Shown here: positions 40,737 through 51,164 of the stretch, piece after piece | Layout of the letters: each line of letters begins with the position of its first letter | How positions within the stretch are numbered: position 1 is the stretch's first letter | NCBI GenBank assembly: GCA_019057385.1 | Contig: JAHQJS010000004.1 | Location: 598,408-662,407 of the forward strand | Source of the DNA: Candidatus Borrarchaeum weybense | GTDB lineage: Archaea > Asgardarchaeota > Sifarchaeia > Borrarchaeales > Borrarchaeaceae | Direction: 5' to 3' | Length of the DNA: 64,000 nt | Program-made: the position numbers and the translations under genes | Notes under the pieces: model-generated | The model's database searches: none | The model's input: the letters and a program-made list of their open reading frames with translations, nothing else | What the model was told of the DNA's origin: nothing

Positions 40737-42689
40737 CTATGTTTTTACTTTCAAAGTTGGTTTTAATGTGCCTGAGATCTCGCGAAGAAGTTGTTCGTCC
40801 CTGTGATATCTAACTGAAAGTGCTTTTGTTGGACAGACTGAAACACACAATCCGCAACCCTTACACGCAATTTCTGATACTTGAGCGACTTCATCTATAA
40901 CTTCAACTGCGTTAAATGGACATATGCGTTCGCATGTCCCACATGAAATACACAAAGACTCATTGACAATTGGAACCATAAGTTCCAACATTATTTTACC
41001 CTGTACAAATGCAGCAGCTAATGCAGCAACACCGTTTGCACCAGCTACACTGTAAGGAATATTCTTAGGACCGTGTGCTCCTCCGGCAATGTATATACCA
41101 GGAGTCTTTGTGTCCTGTGGATTGAGACACTCATGGATTGGCTTAAGAAAGCCGCTTGGGCCACGATCAAGTCTTAAGACTTCTGCGATTTTCAGCGTTC
41201 CTTCTCCTGGGGCAATTCCTGCGGAAAGCACCAACATATCCACGTCATCGCGGATTAGTTCTCTCGTCAAAGTATTTTCTACTCGAATCTTCAGGTTCTT
41301 TGTTTCTTTGTTTTCTCGCACTTCAGCAATCTTGCCCCTGACGAATTTAATGCCTGCATCCCTCACACGGGCATAATATTCTTCGCAGGCTTTATCTGGG
41401 GTGCGGATATCAATGTAATAGATAGTTATATCAGTGTCAGGATATTCTTGATGAATTAACTGAGCGTTCTTCATCGCTACCATACAGCAAACCTGACTGC
41501 AATGCGGGTTTGTTTTTAGATCTCTAGATCCAACACATTGAAGCATCCCTATTTTTTTAGGTCGCTTATTATCGGAAATACGTAATAAGTGACCACCTGT
41601 AGGTCCTGTTGGATTCAACAGTCGTTCTAGATCTGATTGTGTAACAACGTTCTCATAGATTCCGTAGCCATAATCGTTGTTTTCCAATGCGTCATAAGGG
41701 GCAAATCCAGTTGCCACGATGATTGCACCGACATCGATTTTCTTCGTTGATGGTTGTTGTTCTAAGTCTATTGATTCAGATAAGCAAGCCTTTTGGCATG
41801 CGCCACAATCGATACAGTCATCTTTGTTAATCACCGCTATTTTCGGGACTGCTTGTGCAAAGAGAATGTAGATCGCATTTCGAGTTCCCAACCCATTGTT
41901 GAATTCATTAGGAACTGTTATTGGACATTTTTCCAGACACGCTTCGCATCCTGTACAGGTTTCTGTGTTGACATAGCGGGCTTTTTGCAGTAATTCAACC
42001 TTGAATTCACCAGGTCTACCGCTTACGCTTTGAACTTCTGTATAGGTTAAGATCTCTATATTTGGATTTCTGGCGACTTTAACCATTTTTGGAGCTAGTA
42101 TTCAGATACTACAGTCATCGGTTGGAAAGACTCTATCAAATTTCGCCATAGAGCCCCCGATAGATGGCGAGCTTTCCACAAGAAATACTTTGATTCCCTG
42201 TTTTGCCAAATTCAAAGCTGATGTCATTCCAGTAATTCCTGCACCAACGACCATAACTGCTTCTACTGTTTCCAACTCAAGTACTGGGATATCTTCTAAT
42301 AATTCCGCGCGTGCCACACCAGCTGCAACTAAACGTTTGGCTTTTTCAGTTGCGGCTTCTTTATCTGTATGTACGAAAGAATCATGTTCTCTGAGATTTA
42401 CCATTTGGAAATAGTATGGCGACAATCCTGCTTCTTTTAGCAACGCGCGATATGTTCCCTCGTGTATCATGGGTGTACATGCTGCAACAACAATGCGGTT
42501 CAAATCGTATTCCTTTATAGCTTCTTTGATCTCTTGTTGTCCTGCATCGCTACAACTAAACACGCTTGTGCTCGTGTATACGACATTAGGTAAAGTTTTC
42601 GCAAACTCGGCGACTTCTTCTACGTCTACCACTGAACCAATGTTCACGCCTCACGCACAAATAAAGGCTCCGATGCGTACATTTTTCAT
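40737..42689 (-). CDS. hdrA: Selenoprotein HdrA (650 aa) with two Sec (U13, U196)
   Basis: ATG at 42689 after GGAGG: MKNVRIGAFICA-U-GVNIG (TGA 42651-42653) and PTDDCSI-U-ILAPKM (TGA 42102-42104). Both align with Cys in the in-window paralog (CHCGINIG, CALCILAPK); one continuous frame joins the ORF-track fragments. Confidence 0.93.
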
Positions 42690-42760
42690 AGAACCCCTCC
42701 TAGGGGTCACCTCCAATTGTGAACTTTTACTATACTTTCGCCAATTTTTAATAGGAGTAC

Positions 42761-42821
42761 AGCTGTCTAGTACGGGTATTTAAATTTACCTCTATTTATC
42801 TAGCTTTCCAAATAGACAGCT
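42761..42821. promoter_or_regulatory. 9-bp inverted repeat flanking a TATA-like box of the hdrA promoter
   Basis: AGCTGTCTA (42761-42769) and TAGACAGCT (42813-42821) around TTTAAATA (minus strand, 42777-42784). Confidence 0.4.
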
Positions 42822-43057
42822 ACAAAGTGTGTATACCGTTATAAACCTATCTTTAAAGAGATAAGAACGAATATGCTATAAGCAGATAAACTATTAGTTA
42901 TAGATAGTATATCGCATTGTAGAAATCCCATTATTTCGATAACTAAAAAAAGTACAAAAAAACTTTTTAAACCAAAGCTTGTATAGGTTTAGCTGGATTT
43001 CGACCCTAGAGCAGGGCGAAACTCAGAATTATTATTATCTAAAAAGAGGTTTAAAAA

Positions 43058-44473
43058 ATGGCAAACGAGCGAATGATTGAGTATTTACAATCTCGTATTG
43101 AAGGAATAGGTTTTAGAGACTTACAGGGCTTTGTTGTCGATAAAGACGTCTGTTGCTTCTGCGGAACCTGTGCATCACTTTGCCCCAGGATTGGTTTGGA
43201 AGAAAAAAAGCCAAAGCTTCAGGAATACGACCCTACCTGTTCTATGTGTTTCAGATATTGTGCAAGAACTTATTTTCCAGAAGATGAAGTTGAAAAGGAA
43301 TTTCTTGGTGGTCAACGTCAGAACTTTCTTTTAGGCTATTATCAGAAAGCAACCGCTGCGAAAAGTACCGATAATGCAGTAGTAAAGGTAGCTCAAAATG
43401 GAGGAGTAGTTTCCACACTATTGATTCGTGCTTTAGAGACAGGTTTAATTGATGGAGCACTTGTTACAGGGAAAGCTGGCAATTGGGTGCCGAACCCCTA
43501 CGTAGCGAGAACTCCAGAAGAGATATTAGCCGCTGCTGGTTCTAGATATACGATGGCGCCAAGTATGCTTCCATATTCTGAGGCAATATATGAATATGAA
43601 CTTGAAAAACTTGCTTTTGTTGGTATGCCGTGTCAAATCCAAGCAGCAAGAAAACTTCAACTATGGCCACCCCTTTCTGATGCACTTGGAAAAATCACAT
43701 TGATTATTGGGTTATTCTGTTCATCAAACTTCACGATGGACCTACTCAAGAATACAGTATATCAACAAATGGGTGTTTCACTGAGCGATGTAAAGAAGTT
43801 TGATATTGCACGTGGTAAATTCTTTGTTTACCTAAATGATGGATCGGTAAAAGATCTCCCAATAAAAGAGACTAAAGTAAACAATTGGGCATCTTGTCAG
43901 TATTGTAAGGACTATACTGCTGAATTTTCTGATATTTCAGTTGGCTCAGTAGGTGCGCCAGCCGATGATTGGAATACTGTCTTAGTAAGGTCAGATGTTG
44001 GTGCAAAACTGTTTGATGATGCGGTAGCAGCTGGAAAAATAACTGTTGCAGATACACTTGATCTCTCTAGGGTAGAAAAAGAATCCCTTAGGAAGAAATC
44101 GCAATTAGCGAAGATGGATGAGCGAGTGTATTCCGCCGTACAACTTTTGAATGTGTCAGACGTTGAAGCAAAGACCTATGCAACTCTCGTGTCTTTAGGA
44201 TACGCAGATATAACGATGTTAGCTAAAGTCATGAAGACAGAAGAAGCAGATGTTCGTAACTCACTTAATACATTACAGCAACGAAAATGGATATCTGCAA
44301 CTGATTCTAAATACACTCCCGTCAATCCGGCGAATGTTATCAAGGCAGAAATAGACAAATTCGAGGCAAACATCAAAAAAATCAAATCTGATGCATTGGT
44401 AGATCTCCAAGCGCTTTATGTGCAGAACAATCTCATGCATGTGCGCTACAAGGAATTTATGGACTTAATCTAG
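43058..44473 (+). CDS. FrhB-family F420-binding protein fused to a C-terminal TrmB-type HTH
   Basis: QNGGVV, GSRY, VGMPC, GLFC, CQYC, DISVGS; C-terminal LNVSDVEAKTYATLVSLG..LNTLQQRKWI..YTPVNP. Confidence 0.82.
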   Translation: MANERMIEYLQSRIEGIGFRDLQGFVVDKDVCCFCGTCASLCPRIGLEEKKPKLQEYDPTCSMCFRYCARTYFPEDEVEKEFLGGQRQNFLLGYYQKATAAKSTDNAVVKVAQNGGVVSTLLIRALETGLIDGALVTGKAGNWVPNPYVARTPEEILAAAGSRYTMAPSMLPYSEAIYEYELEKLAFVGMPCQIQAARKLQLWPPLSDALGKITLIIGLFCSSNFTMDLLKNTVYQQMGVSLSDVKKFDIARGKFFVYLNDGSVKDLPIKETKVNNWASCQYCKDYTAEFSDISVGSVGAPADDWNTVLVRSDVGAKLFDDAVAAGKITVADTLDLSRVEKESLRKKSQLAKMDERVYSAVQLLNVSDVEAKTYATLVSLGYADITMLAKVMKTEEADVRNSLNTLQQRKWISATDSKYTPVNPANVIKAEIDKFEANIKKIKSDALVDLQALYVQNNLMHVRYKEFMDLI

Positions 44474-44729
44474 CGTGCGATTTTTCTCTTTTCTTTCTTT
44501 TTTCACAATTTTGGATTATTTCACATCATTTTTTAGAAAATCTGATTCAGTTAGAGCTTATGGGATCTCTTCTTTTAGAAATCAATTGCAGCTGATTTCT
44601 CGATTATAATTTGTGACATAATGGAATCGTCAATTTTAAATAGGGACATGAGATACCACAAACTAACTCTGAGTTTTGTTATTCTCATAATTACAAAAAT
44701 TGATAACACCGGTAGAGATGTGATTCAAG

Positions 44730-45695
44730 ATGTTGTTAAAGATGCATGAATTTGGTGATAAAAACCTGGGAAATCTTCAAGCAGAAGTCATCTATAATAG
44801 CCTTTGTACTGGATGCGGGGCATGTGCTGCTTTCTGCCACAAGTACATTAGCATGGTAGATGGATTTCCAACTGCAATTTCAAGATGCTTAACTCCCTGT
44901 GGGCTCTGTTATAGTGTTTGCCCACGGACATTTGTATCGCTTAAAGCGCTAGATCAATTTACTTTTGGCGAAAATCGTGAAGATCAAGCGCTGGGCTATT
45001 ATAAAACTATAGTTCAAGCTAAAACAAAAGGAAACGCTAAAGCAAGTGTATTAACGTCCTTGCTAAAGGCGGCGCTAGATCTTAAACTGATCGATTCAGC
45101 AGTGCTAGCTAAAGGTATCGATCCGAAAGATAAGTGGAAAGCAGAACCATTTATCGTTACAAATAAAAAAGAGATTGAGAAAGGTGCGGAAGGTAAACTG
45201 AACGCAAGTCCTCAGATAACAGGATTGGCTGAAGCTATTGCTATGGGTAAGAATAATATTGCACTAGTTGGTGTGCCCTGTCAGATGATTGCCTTACGAA
45301 AAGTTCAGTCAAACAAGAACTATGAAGTTTGCCAAGACAAGATTGTGTTTGCCCTTGCTGAATTCTGTGTACGGGCTCGTCATGATGGATGTGCAAGCTG
45401 CTTGGATATGACTGCTGAATTTTCAGATATTTCTGTAGATCCTACTGCCAAAGAGGGTTGGAATACCGTGATAATTCGCTCTGAGAAAGGTTTATCTGTT
45501 TTTAAACAAGCCGTAGAGAAGGGTTATCTCGAAACACAAGAGATAACCGATGAAGTCATGAATAAGCTCAAAACAGCGGCAGAACGAAAATTAAAGAAAA
45601 ACCTGCAGGCTATTCTTAAAGACGTAGATTATGTTAAATTGTCATACCTATTAGCGGATGCTACCGAACTCTCTACACTACTGAAACTGATTTAA
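44730..45695 (+). CDS. Divergent, internally shortened FrhB-family protein
   Basis: CTGCGAC, CPRT, VGVPCQ, EFC joined almost directly to CASCLD, DISV; QxGG motif lost. Confidence 0.75.
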   Translation: MLLKMHEFGDKNLGNLQAEVIYNSLCTGCGACAAFCHKYISMVDGFPTAISRCLTPCGLCYSVCPRTFVSLKALDQFTFGENREDQALGYYKTIVQAKTKGNAKASVLTSLLKAALDLKLIDSAVLAKGIDPKDKWKAEPFIVTNKKEIEKGAEGKLNASPQITGLAEAIAMGKNNIALVGVPCQMIALRKVQSNKNYEVCQDKIVFALAEFCVRARHDGCASCLDMTAEFSDISVDPTAKEGWNTVIIRSEKGLSVFKQAVEKGYLETQEITDEVMNKLKTAAERKLKKNLQAILKDVDYVKLSYLLADATELSTLLKLI

Positions 45696-45989
45696 AAATA
45701 CTTTTTTAGTCTCCCAAAAACCTGGGAGTTCTTTTTTTGTTTTCTTCGATAATCTCTTCCGTTTTGGGGACTTAAAGCCAAAAAATATATCTAAATTCTT
45801 CTTTTCTACGGTAAATAGAAGTTGGAATCAATTATTCGTTATATTCAGTTAAATTCGTGTGAAATGGAAAAATTAAATCGTACTTCTGCCTATTTTTAAA
45901 TTTGCAGTGTGTATTGCAATTAAAAATATTTTTAAAAAAGATCCTCTACAATACGCCTAAACATGGACGATAAATAGGGAGACTTTATC

Positions 45990-47378
45990 ATGATTGATGA
46001 TGAACTAAAAGAACGTATTAAATCGATTGTTGGAGAGAAGAATTTTACCGACAATACCATTGATTTACTTTCATACAGCCAAGATGGCTCAGAAGCGGAA
46101 GGTACGGCTGATGCGATAGCTTGGGTAACCACGACAGAACAAGTATCAGAACTTATGAAATTAGCTAATGAAAAACGATTTATTGTGGTTCCAAGAGGTG
46201 CTGCAACGGGACTATCTGGTGGCGCAGTAGCTTCACAAGGTCTCATAATGGACTTCTCAAGGATGAATCGAATTCTGGAGATTGATACGGAAAATTTAAC
46301 CGCAACTGTTGAGCCAGGAGTTGTTTTGGCTGATTTAAATAATGAATTGGCGAAGCGAGGAACTGGCTTATTTTTCCCACCAATGCCTGCTTCCGATTCT
46401 GTTGCACAAATGGGAGGTTCCATATCAGAGAATGCCGGAGGAGTTCGTGCAGTGAAATATGGCGTAATGAGTGACTGGGTGCTAGGGCTAGAGATGGTCC
46501 TACCCACAGGAGAAGTAATTCAGGAAGGTGGAAAAACACGAAAAAATGTATCAGGATACAATCTGATCGGCATGATCTCTGGATCAGAGGGAACATTGGG
46601 TGTGATCACGAAAGCTACAGTCGGTTTAACTCCAATTCCAGAAACTCAACTATCAGCTCTCGCCTATTTTAATACTACTGAGAACGCAGGCAAATTTATC
46701 TTTCGATTATTCAAATCAGGATTAAACCCATCTGCTGGAGAAATATTAGATGCCAATACATTGCAATCCGTGTCAAATTACACTGGGATGACTTTTCCAG
46801 AATGTGGAGCGATGATACTTGTGGAGATAGATGGAGACAAAGAGGATGTACAACGCAGACTGAAGGGTCTGGAAGAACTTTTTAAGGAATTCAAGGACGC
46901 AGGTTATCTACTCGAATATAAACTAGCGTGGGATCCAGTTGAAAATTTTGAGCTCTGGCAAGCCAGAAAATCAGCTTTGCCGTCTATGACGCAGATAAAA
47001 CCTACTGTAATCATCGAAGACACAACAGTTCCTCTTGATAAAATTCCTGTACTTCTTAAGAGTATGGAACAGTTAGCTAAAAAATATAACCTCTTGATCC
47101 CATGTTACGGTCATATAGGCGACGGTAACATACACCCAAACTTCCTTTGCGATCCTAGAGACCCTGACGAGTTCGCAAGGGCTCATGAAGCGATTAAAGA
47201 AATGGGAGCTACTGTCCTTGGGTTAGGAGGTACTGTAACTGGTGAACACGGAGTCGGCACAGAAAAAAAGATGTTCATGTTAGCTGAACATGGACAAAAT
47301 AAAATAAACTTATGGGAAAGGATCAAACAGGCCTTTGATCCAAACAGAATCTTAAATCCAGGCAAAATATTCGATTAA
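45990..47378 (+). CDS. FAD-linked 2-hydroxyacid oxidoreductase (GlcD/D-lactate dehydrogenase family)
   Basis: PRGAATGLSGG, ENAGG..VKYG, GSEGTLG, GHIGDGNIH, GEHGVG, DP..ILNPGK. Confidence 0.9.
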   Translation: MIDDELKERIKSIVGEKNFTDNTIDLLSYSQDGSEAEGTADAIAWVTTTEQVSELMKLANEKRFIVVPRGAATGLSGGAVASQGLIMDFSRMNRILEIDTENLTATVEPGVVLADLNNELAKRGTGLFFPPMPASDSVAQMGGSISENAGGVRAVKYGVMSDWVLGLEMVLPTGEVIQEGGKTRKNVSGYNLIGMISGSEGTLGVITKATVGLTPIPETQLSALAYFNTTENAGKFIFRLFKSGLNPSAGEILDANTLQSVSNYTGMTFPECGAMILVEIDGDKEDVQRRLKGLEELFKEFKDAGYLLEYKLAWDPVENFELWQARKSALPSMTQIKPTVIIEDTTVPLDKIPVLLKSMEQLAKKYNLLIPCYGHIGDGNIHPNFLCDPRDPDEFARAHEAIKEMGATVLGLGGTVTGEHGVGTEKKMFMLAEHGQNKINLWERIKQAFDPNRILNPGKIFD

Positions 47379-47392
47379 ATAGGTGATTTTAA

Positions 47393-48565
47393 ATGGGAAA
47401 ACTTGAATTAGAGAAAAAATATGAAGATCAAGTCCTCAAATGCAGCCGCTGTGGCTTTTGTAGAACAATCTGCCCCACATTTGAAGCCAAAGACTTTTTG
47501 GAGTCTTATGGTGCTCGCGGTAGAATGATACTGCTTAAAGCCGTAGACGAAGGTAAAATTCAACTCAATCAGATTCAGTCCGATCAATCTTTGGTTGATA
47601 GAATCTTCACATGCACATTATGTGGAGCTTGTATGGAGACGTGTCCTTCAAAAGTTGATTATATCGCAACAATGGAGGCTGCAAGAGCTGGGTTGGTCAA
47701 ACTTGGATTAGCTCCTCCTGATTTTGACGAATTTGGTAAGATGACTTTAGAGAAAGGAAATGTGCTGGGCCAGGACAACGCACGACGAATGAAATGGGCT
47801 TCAAAACTTGACAATATCAAAGTGAATGAGCCGGCAGAAACTCTTTACTTTGTTGGCTGCAATGTTATGCGACCTCGTGTGAGACCAATGGCTACGGCCG
47901 CTGGTAAAGTCCTTCAAGACGCTAATGTCGATTTTGCAGTCATGGGGGAAGACGAATGGTGCTGCGGGCTGGTCTTCATTAACACAGGCCACTTAGACGT
48001 CGCAAAAGAATTTGCAAAGCATAACATTGAACTGATTGAGAAGATTAACCCAAAACGCATTGTAACAATTTGCCCGGGATGTGCACAAGCCATTCAACAC
48101 TACGAGCATTTAGTTGGATGGAATCCAGGTGATATTCAGATAATTCATGCAGTGGAATATATTGCAGAGCTCCTCGATCAGGGCAAATTTACATTCACGA
48201 AAGAATTCAATGGTGGCAGTAAAGTAGCATACCATGATCCTTGTGAACTTGGCAGGCAAATGGGTGTTTTTGACGCACCTAGAAAGATTCTTAATGCGAT
48301 TCCAGGCTTAGAATGGGTCGAATTAGAGAATAACAAAGAACTTTCACACTGTTGTGGCGGCGGAAGTGGGTTACAAGGTATTGATACTGAGTTAGCGAGA
48401 GAAGTTGCGAACTATCGATTAAAAGAAGTTCAAGATGCAGGTGCTGACGTGCTGGTTACAGCTTGTCCCACGTGTCGCAGCAATTTCTTAGACACCATCA
48501 AACAGAATAATCTAGCCATCAAAGTGATGGATATTCACGAAATACTAGCGCAAGCCCTTGAATGA
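47393..48565 (+). CDS. GlcF/HdrD-like Fe-S CCG oxidoreductase
   Basis: CSRCGFC, CTLCGAC, WCCG, YHDPC, CCGGG, CPTC. Confidence 0.88.
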   Translation: MGKLELEKKYEDQVLKCSRCGFCRTICPTFEAKDFLESYGARGRMILLKAVDEGKIQLNQIQSDQSLVDRIFTCTLCGACMETCPSKVDYIATMEAARAGLVKLGLAPPDFDEFGKMTLEKGNVLGQDNARRMKWASKLDNIKVNEPAETLYFVGCNVMRPRVRPMATAAGKVLQDANVDFAVMGEDEWCCGLVFINTGHLDVAKEFAKHNIELIEKINPKRIVTICPGCAQAIQHYEHLVGWNPGDIQIIHAVEYIAELLDQGKFTFTKEFNGGSKVAYHDPCELGRQMGVFDAPRKILNAIPGLEWVELENNKELSHCCGGGSGLQGIDTELAREVANYRLKEVQDAGADVLVTACPTCRSNFLDTIKQNNLAIKVMDIHEILAQALE

Positions 48566-48835
48566 ATTAAGTTTTGATTTCTTTTTTTTTTCTTATTTAT
48601 CTCTTTGATTGAATTCTCACGCTTCTAATATGAACTTTCGCATGTGCTTTCACATGTTAATCGCTTGATATAGTTTTTAATTGATCCTGCTGAATCCTTG
48701 AAAAATTTATGTTTTGCGGAGAGTTTTTCTAGATATGCTAGTAAATCTGCTAGAAGATTTAAAAGAATATATGTTCTATTTTTGTTAAAAAGCAAATTTA
48801 CGAGTACATTAGCGCGTATTCATGGGGGTCATTAA

Positions 48836-49396
48836 TTGAGCGTGCGTCATGTGAAAGTCATTTTTGCAGGTGATGGAGCCGTAGGCAAAACAGCAGTTGT
48901 AAATAGGTTTACAAGGGGGGAATATGGCGCCAATTACAAAATGACGATTGGTACTAATATTTCTGTGCACAAAAGCGTGAAAAATGGAATCGAAGTGACG
49001 CTTGTCTGCTGGGATCTCGGTGGACAACCAAGATTTGAAGCCGTAAGAGGATCCTTCTATCTTGGAGCACAGGTTATTGTTTTAGTGTATGACGTTACAT
49101 CTTCGGGCAGTTTCAAAAACTTAGCCAACTGGCTTGAAGAAGTGAATCGAGCTATTAGTGAATCGAACTATGAAGGCTATAAGGGTATTATAATTGGAAA
49201 TAAAGTAGATTTACCAGCTGAATTTCGTGCAGTAGATATTGACGAAGCAAAATCATTTGCTGAAGCGATTGGTTTTATGTATCTTGAAACATCTGCAAAG
49301 GATGGTAACGGAATTACTGACTTGGTTGAAATGCTTGTCGATAGTGCCTTTGTACAGCCATCACAAGAATTAGTGGAACTTGACACATTGTCTTAA
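48836..49396 (+). CDS. Rab-like small GTPase
   Basis: GDGAVGKT, TIG, WDLGGQ, NKVD, ETSAK. Confidence 0.92.
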   Translation: MSVRHVKVIFAGDGAVGKTAVVNRFTRGEYGANYKMTIGTNISVHKSVKNGIEVTLVCWDLGGQPRFEAVRGSFYLGAQVIVLVYDVTSSGSFKNLANWLEEVNRAISESNYEGYKGIIIGNKVDLPAEFRAVDIDEAKSFAEAIGFMYLETSAKDGNGITDLVEMLVDSAFVQPSQELVELDTLS

Positions 49397-49608
49397 CAGG
49401 CAGTTTATATATGTAGAACTAAGCCGATTTATACCGCTCTATTTGAACTCGATTTTCTTAAAACATGACTGGATTATGCAAAAAGCCATATCACATCTAG
49501 TAATTTTATTGTGGATGGTTTTTCTAGAAAACTTAAATTCTATAATTTGGAACTTTCTTGTGAAGTGACATCTTCCTACGTTTTTGCGCGCCCGCTGGAG
49601 AGAGGAAT

Positions 49609-50187
49609 ATGGGGATTCAGCAAGTTAAAATCGCTTTTGTAGGAGACGGATCAGTCGGCAAGACAAGTTTAGTTAATTCATTCACTGGTAAATCCAGCTT
49701 CATGGAACAGTACTTATTAACAATTGGTGTCAATATTGTCGTACATAAACTTGAACTAGATGATGATATAACAATAAACTTCGCGATTTGGGATATGGGG
49801 GGTCAAAAACGCTTTATTGCAGTCCGCCCCACGTTTTACCTGGGCTCACAACTTGTTGTTTATGTATTTGATCTTACTAATAAAAATAGCTTCGATAATC
49901 TGATCAGGTGGCTTGAAGAGGTGAATAGGAGCTGTGCTAGCCATAAAGGCATCATTGTTGGCAATAAGGTAGATTTATCTGAATCTCGTGTTGTAGATTT
50001 TGAAACAGCAAAAGAATTTGCAGAAGCGAGAGGTTTTAAATACCTTGAAACCTCTGCAAAAGACGGTACTGGAACAATTGACTTAGTTGAACTGCTCACT
50101 GATTATGTCGTTGTTCGCCCTTCTCAGAAATCAATGGAACCTGCACCTCTATTTAGACCGTACTTCTTGTATATGGGGCGAGCTTAA
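49609..50187 (+). CDS. Rab-like small GTPase
   Basis: GDGSVGKT, TIG, WDMGGQ, NKVD, ETSAK. Confidence 0.92.
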   Translation: MGIQQVKIAFVGDGSVGKTSLVNSFTGKSSFMEQYLLTIGVNIVVHKLELDDDITINFAIWDMGGQKRFIAVRPTFYLGSQLVVYVFDLTNKNSFDNLIRWLEEVNRSCASHKGIIVGNKVDLSESRVVDFETAKEFAEARGFKYLETSAKDGTGTIDLVELLTDYVVVRPSQKSMEPAPLFRPYFLYMGRA

Positions 50188-50371
50188 CAAATTTTGCAAA
50201 TTATGTTAGAGGATGATTCTTATCAAACTTTGTCACCTAAAGGAAACAATTTTTCGCAACTACACTTCTATTGTGGATAATTTTTCTAGAAAACATAAAA
50301 CACACATTTATCATAGTGTCATACAAGATTCTACAACCTATCCTTTTATCGCGCGCCCGCGGGGGTATATA

Positions 50372-50986
50372 GTGGTAGTTATTCAAGCCAAAATTGCTTT
50401 CGTTGGAGATGGAACTGTCGGAAAGACCAGTCTAGTAAATTCTTTCACTGGTAAGACGAATAAGACGCGTTTCATGGAAGCTTATAAAATGACTATCGGT
50501 GTAAACATCGTTGTTCATCCAACAGAGCGAGATAATGGAACAAAGATAAATCTGTGTATCTGGGATTTAGGTGGTCAGCCTCGCTTCGAATCTGTGAGAG
50601 GTTCCTTCTATAGGGGGTCTCAATTGATTGTGTATGTTTATGATCTTACAAATAAAGAGAGTTTTGACAATTTAGCTAATTGGCTTGATGAGATTCATAA
50701 GTCCGTCCCAGCTTCTACCTATAACGGTATTGTAGTTGGTAACAAAGTTGATTTGGCTGAATACCGGGTCGTAGCTCTTGAAAATGCAAGAGATTTTTCA
50801 GAAACACAGGGCTTTCAATATATTGAAGCTTCGGCTAAAGATGGCACTGGAACACTGGAATTAATTGACATGATTGCAGAAAATATATTAAAGAAGAATT
50901 CAATTCCGGATGATAAACACTCGACACAGAACATAGTAAAACAAATTGGGGTAGTATCCGGACCTTCTCTAACTAGTTTTTTCTAA
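50372..50986 (+). CDS. Rab-like small GTPase
   Basis: GDGTVGKT, WDLGGQ, NKVD, EASAK; start probably GTG at 50372 by alignment with its paralogs. Confidence 0.9.
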   Translation: MVVIQAKIAFVGDGTVGKTSLVNSFTGKTNKTRFMEAYKMTIGVNIVVHPTERDNGTKINLCIWDLGGQPRFESVRGSFYRGSQLIVYVYDLTNKESFDNLANWLDEIHKSVPASTYNGIVVGNKVDLAEYRVVALENARDFSETQGFQYIEASAKDGTGTLELIDMIAENILKKNSIPDDKHSTQNIVKQIGVVSGPSLTSFF

Positions 50987-51164
50987 TCTCTCGAAATTAA
51001 TAAAACTCATATAGTTTAAATCATAATATCGTTTTCTAACTTTACACCTTGCCGAAATAACACTAGTGTCAAAGGAATGTAAAATCCTTCACAACTCTCA
51101 GAAAGGAAAAAATCTATATATACCATTCAAATCTAAAAAAAATCTATAAATGAATACGTGAGGG

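Noticed and set aside
40737-42689. hdrA as a nonsense-disrupted pseudogene or split genes (ORFs 42102..42647 and 40737..42086)
   Set aside because: Both stops are TGA at conserved Cys positions in a single frame, with a SECIS-like element downstream; recoding is far more parsimonious.
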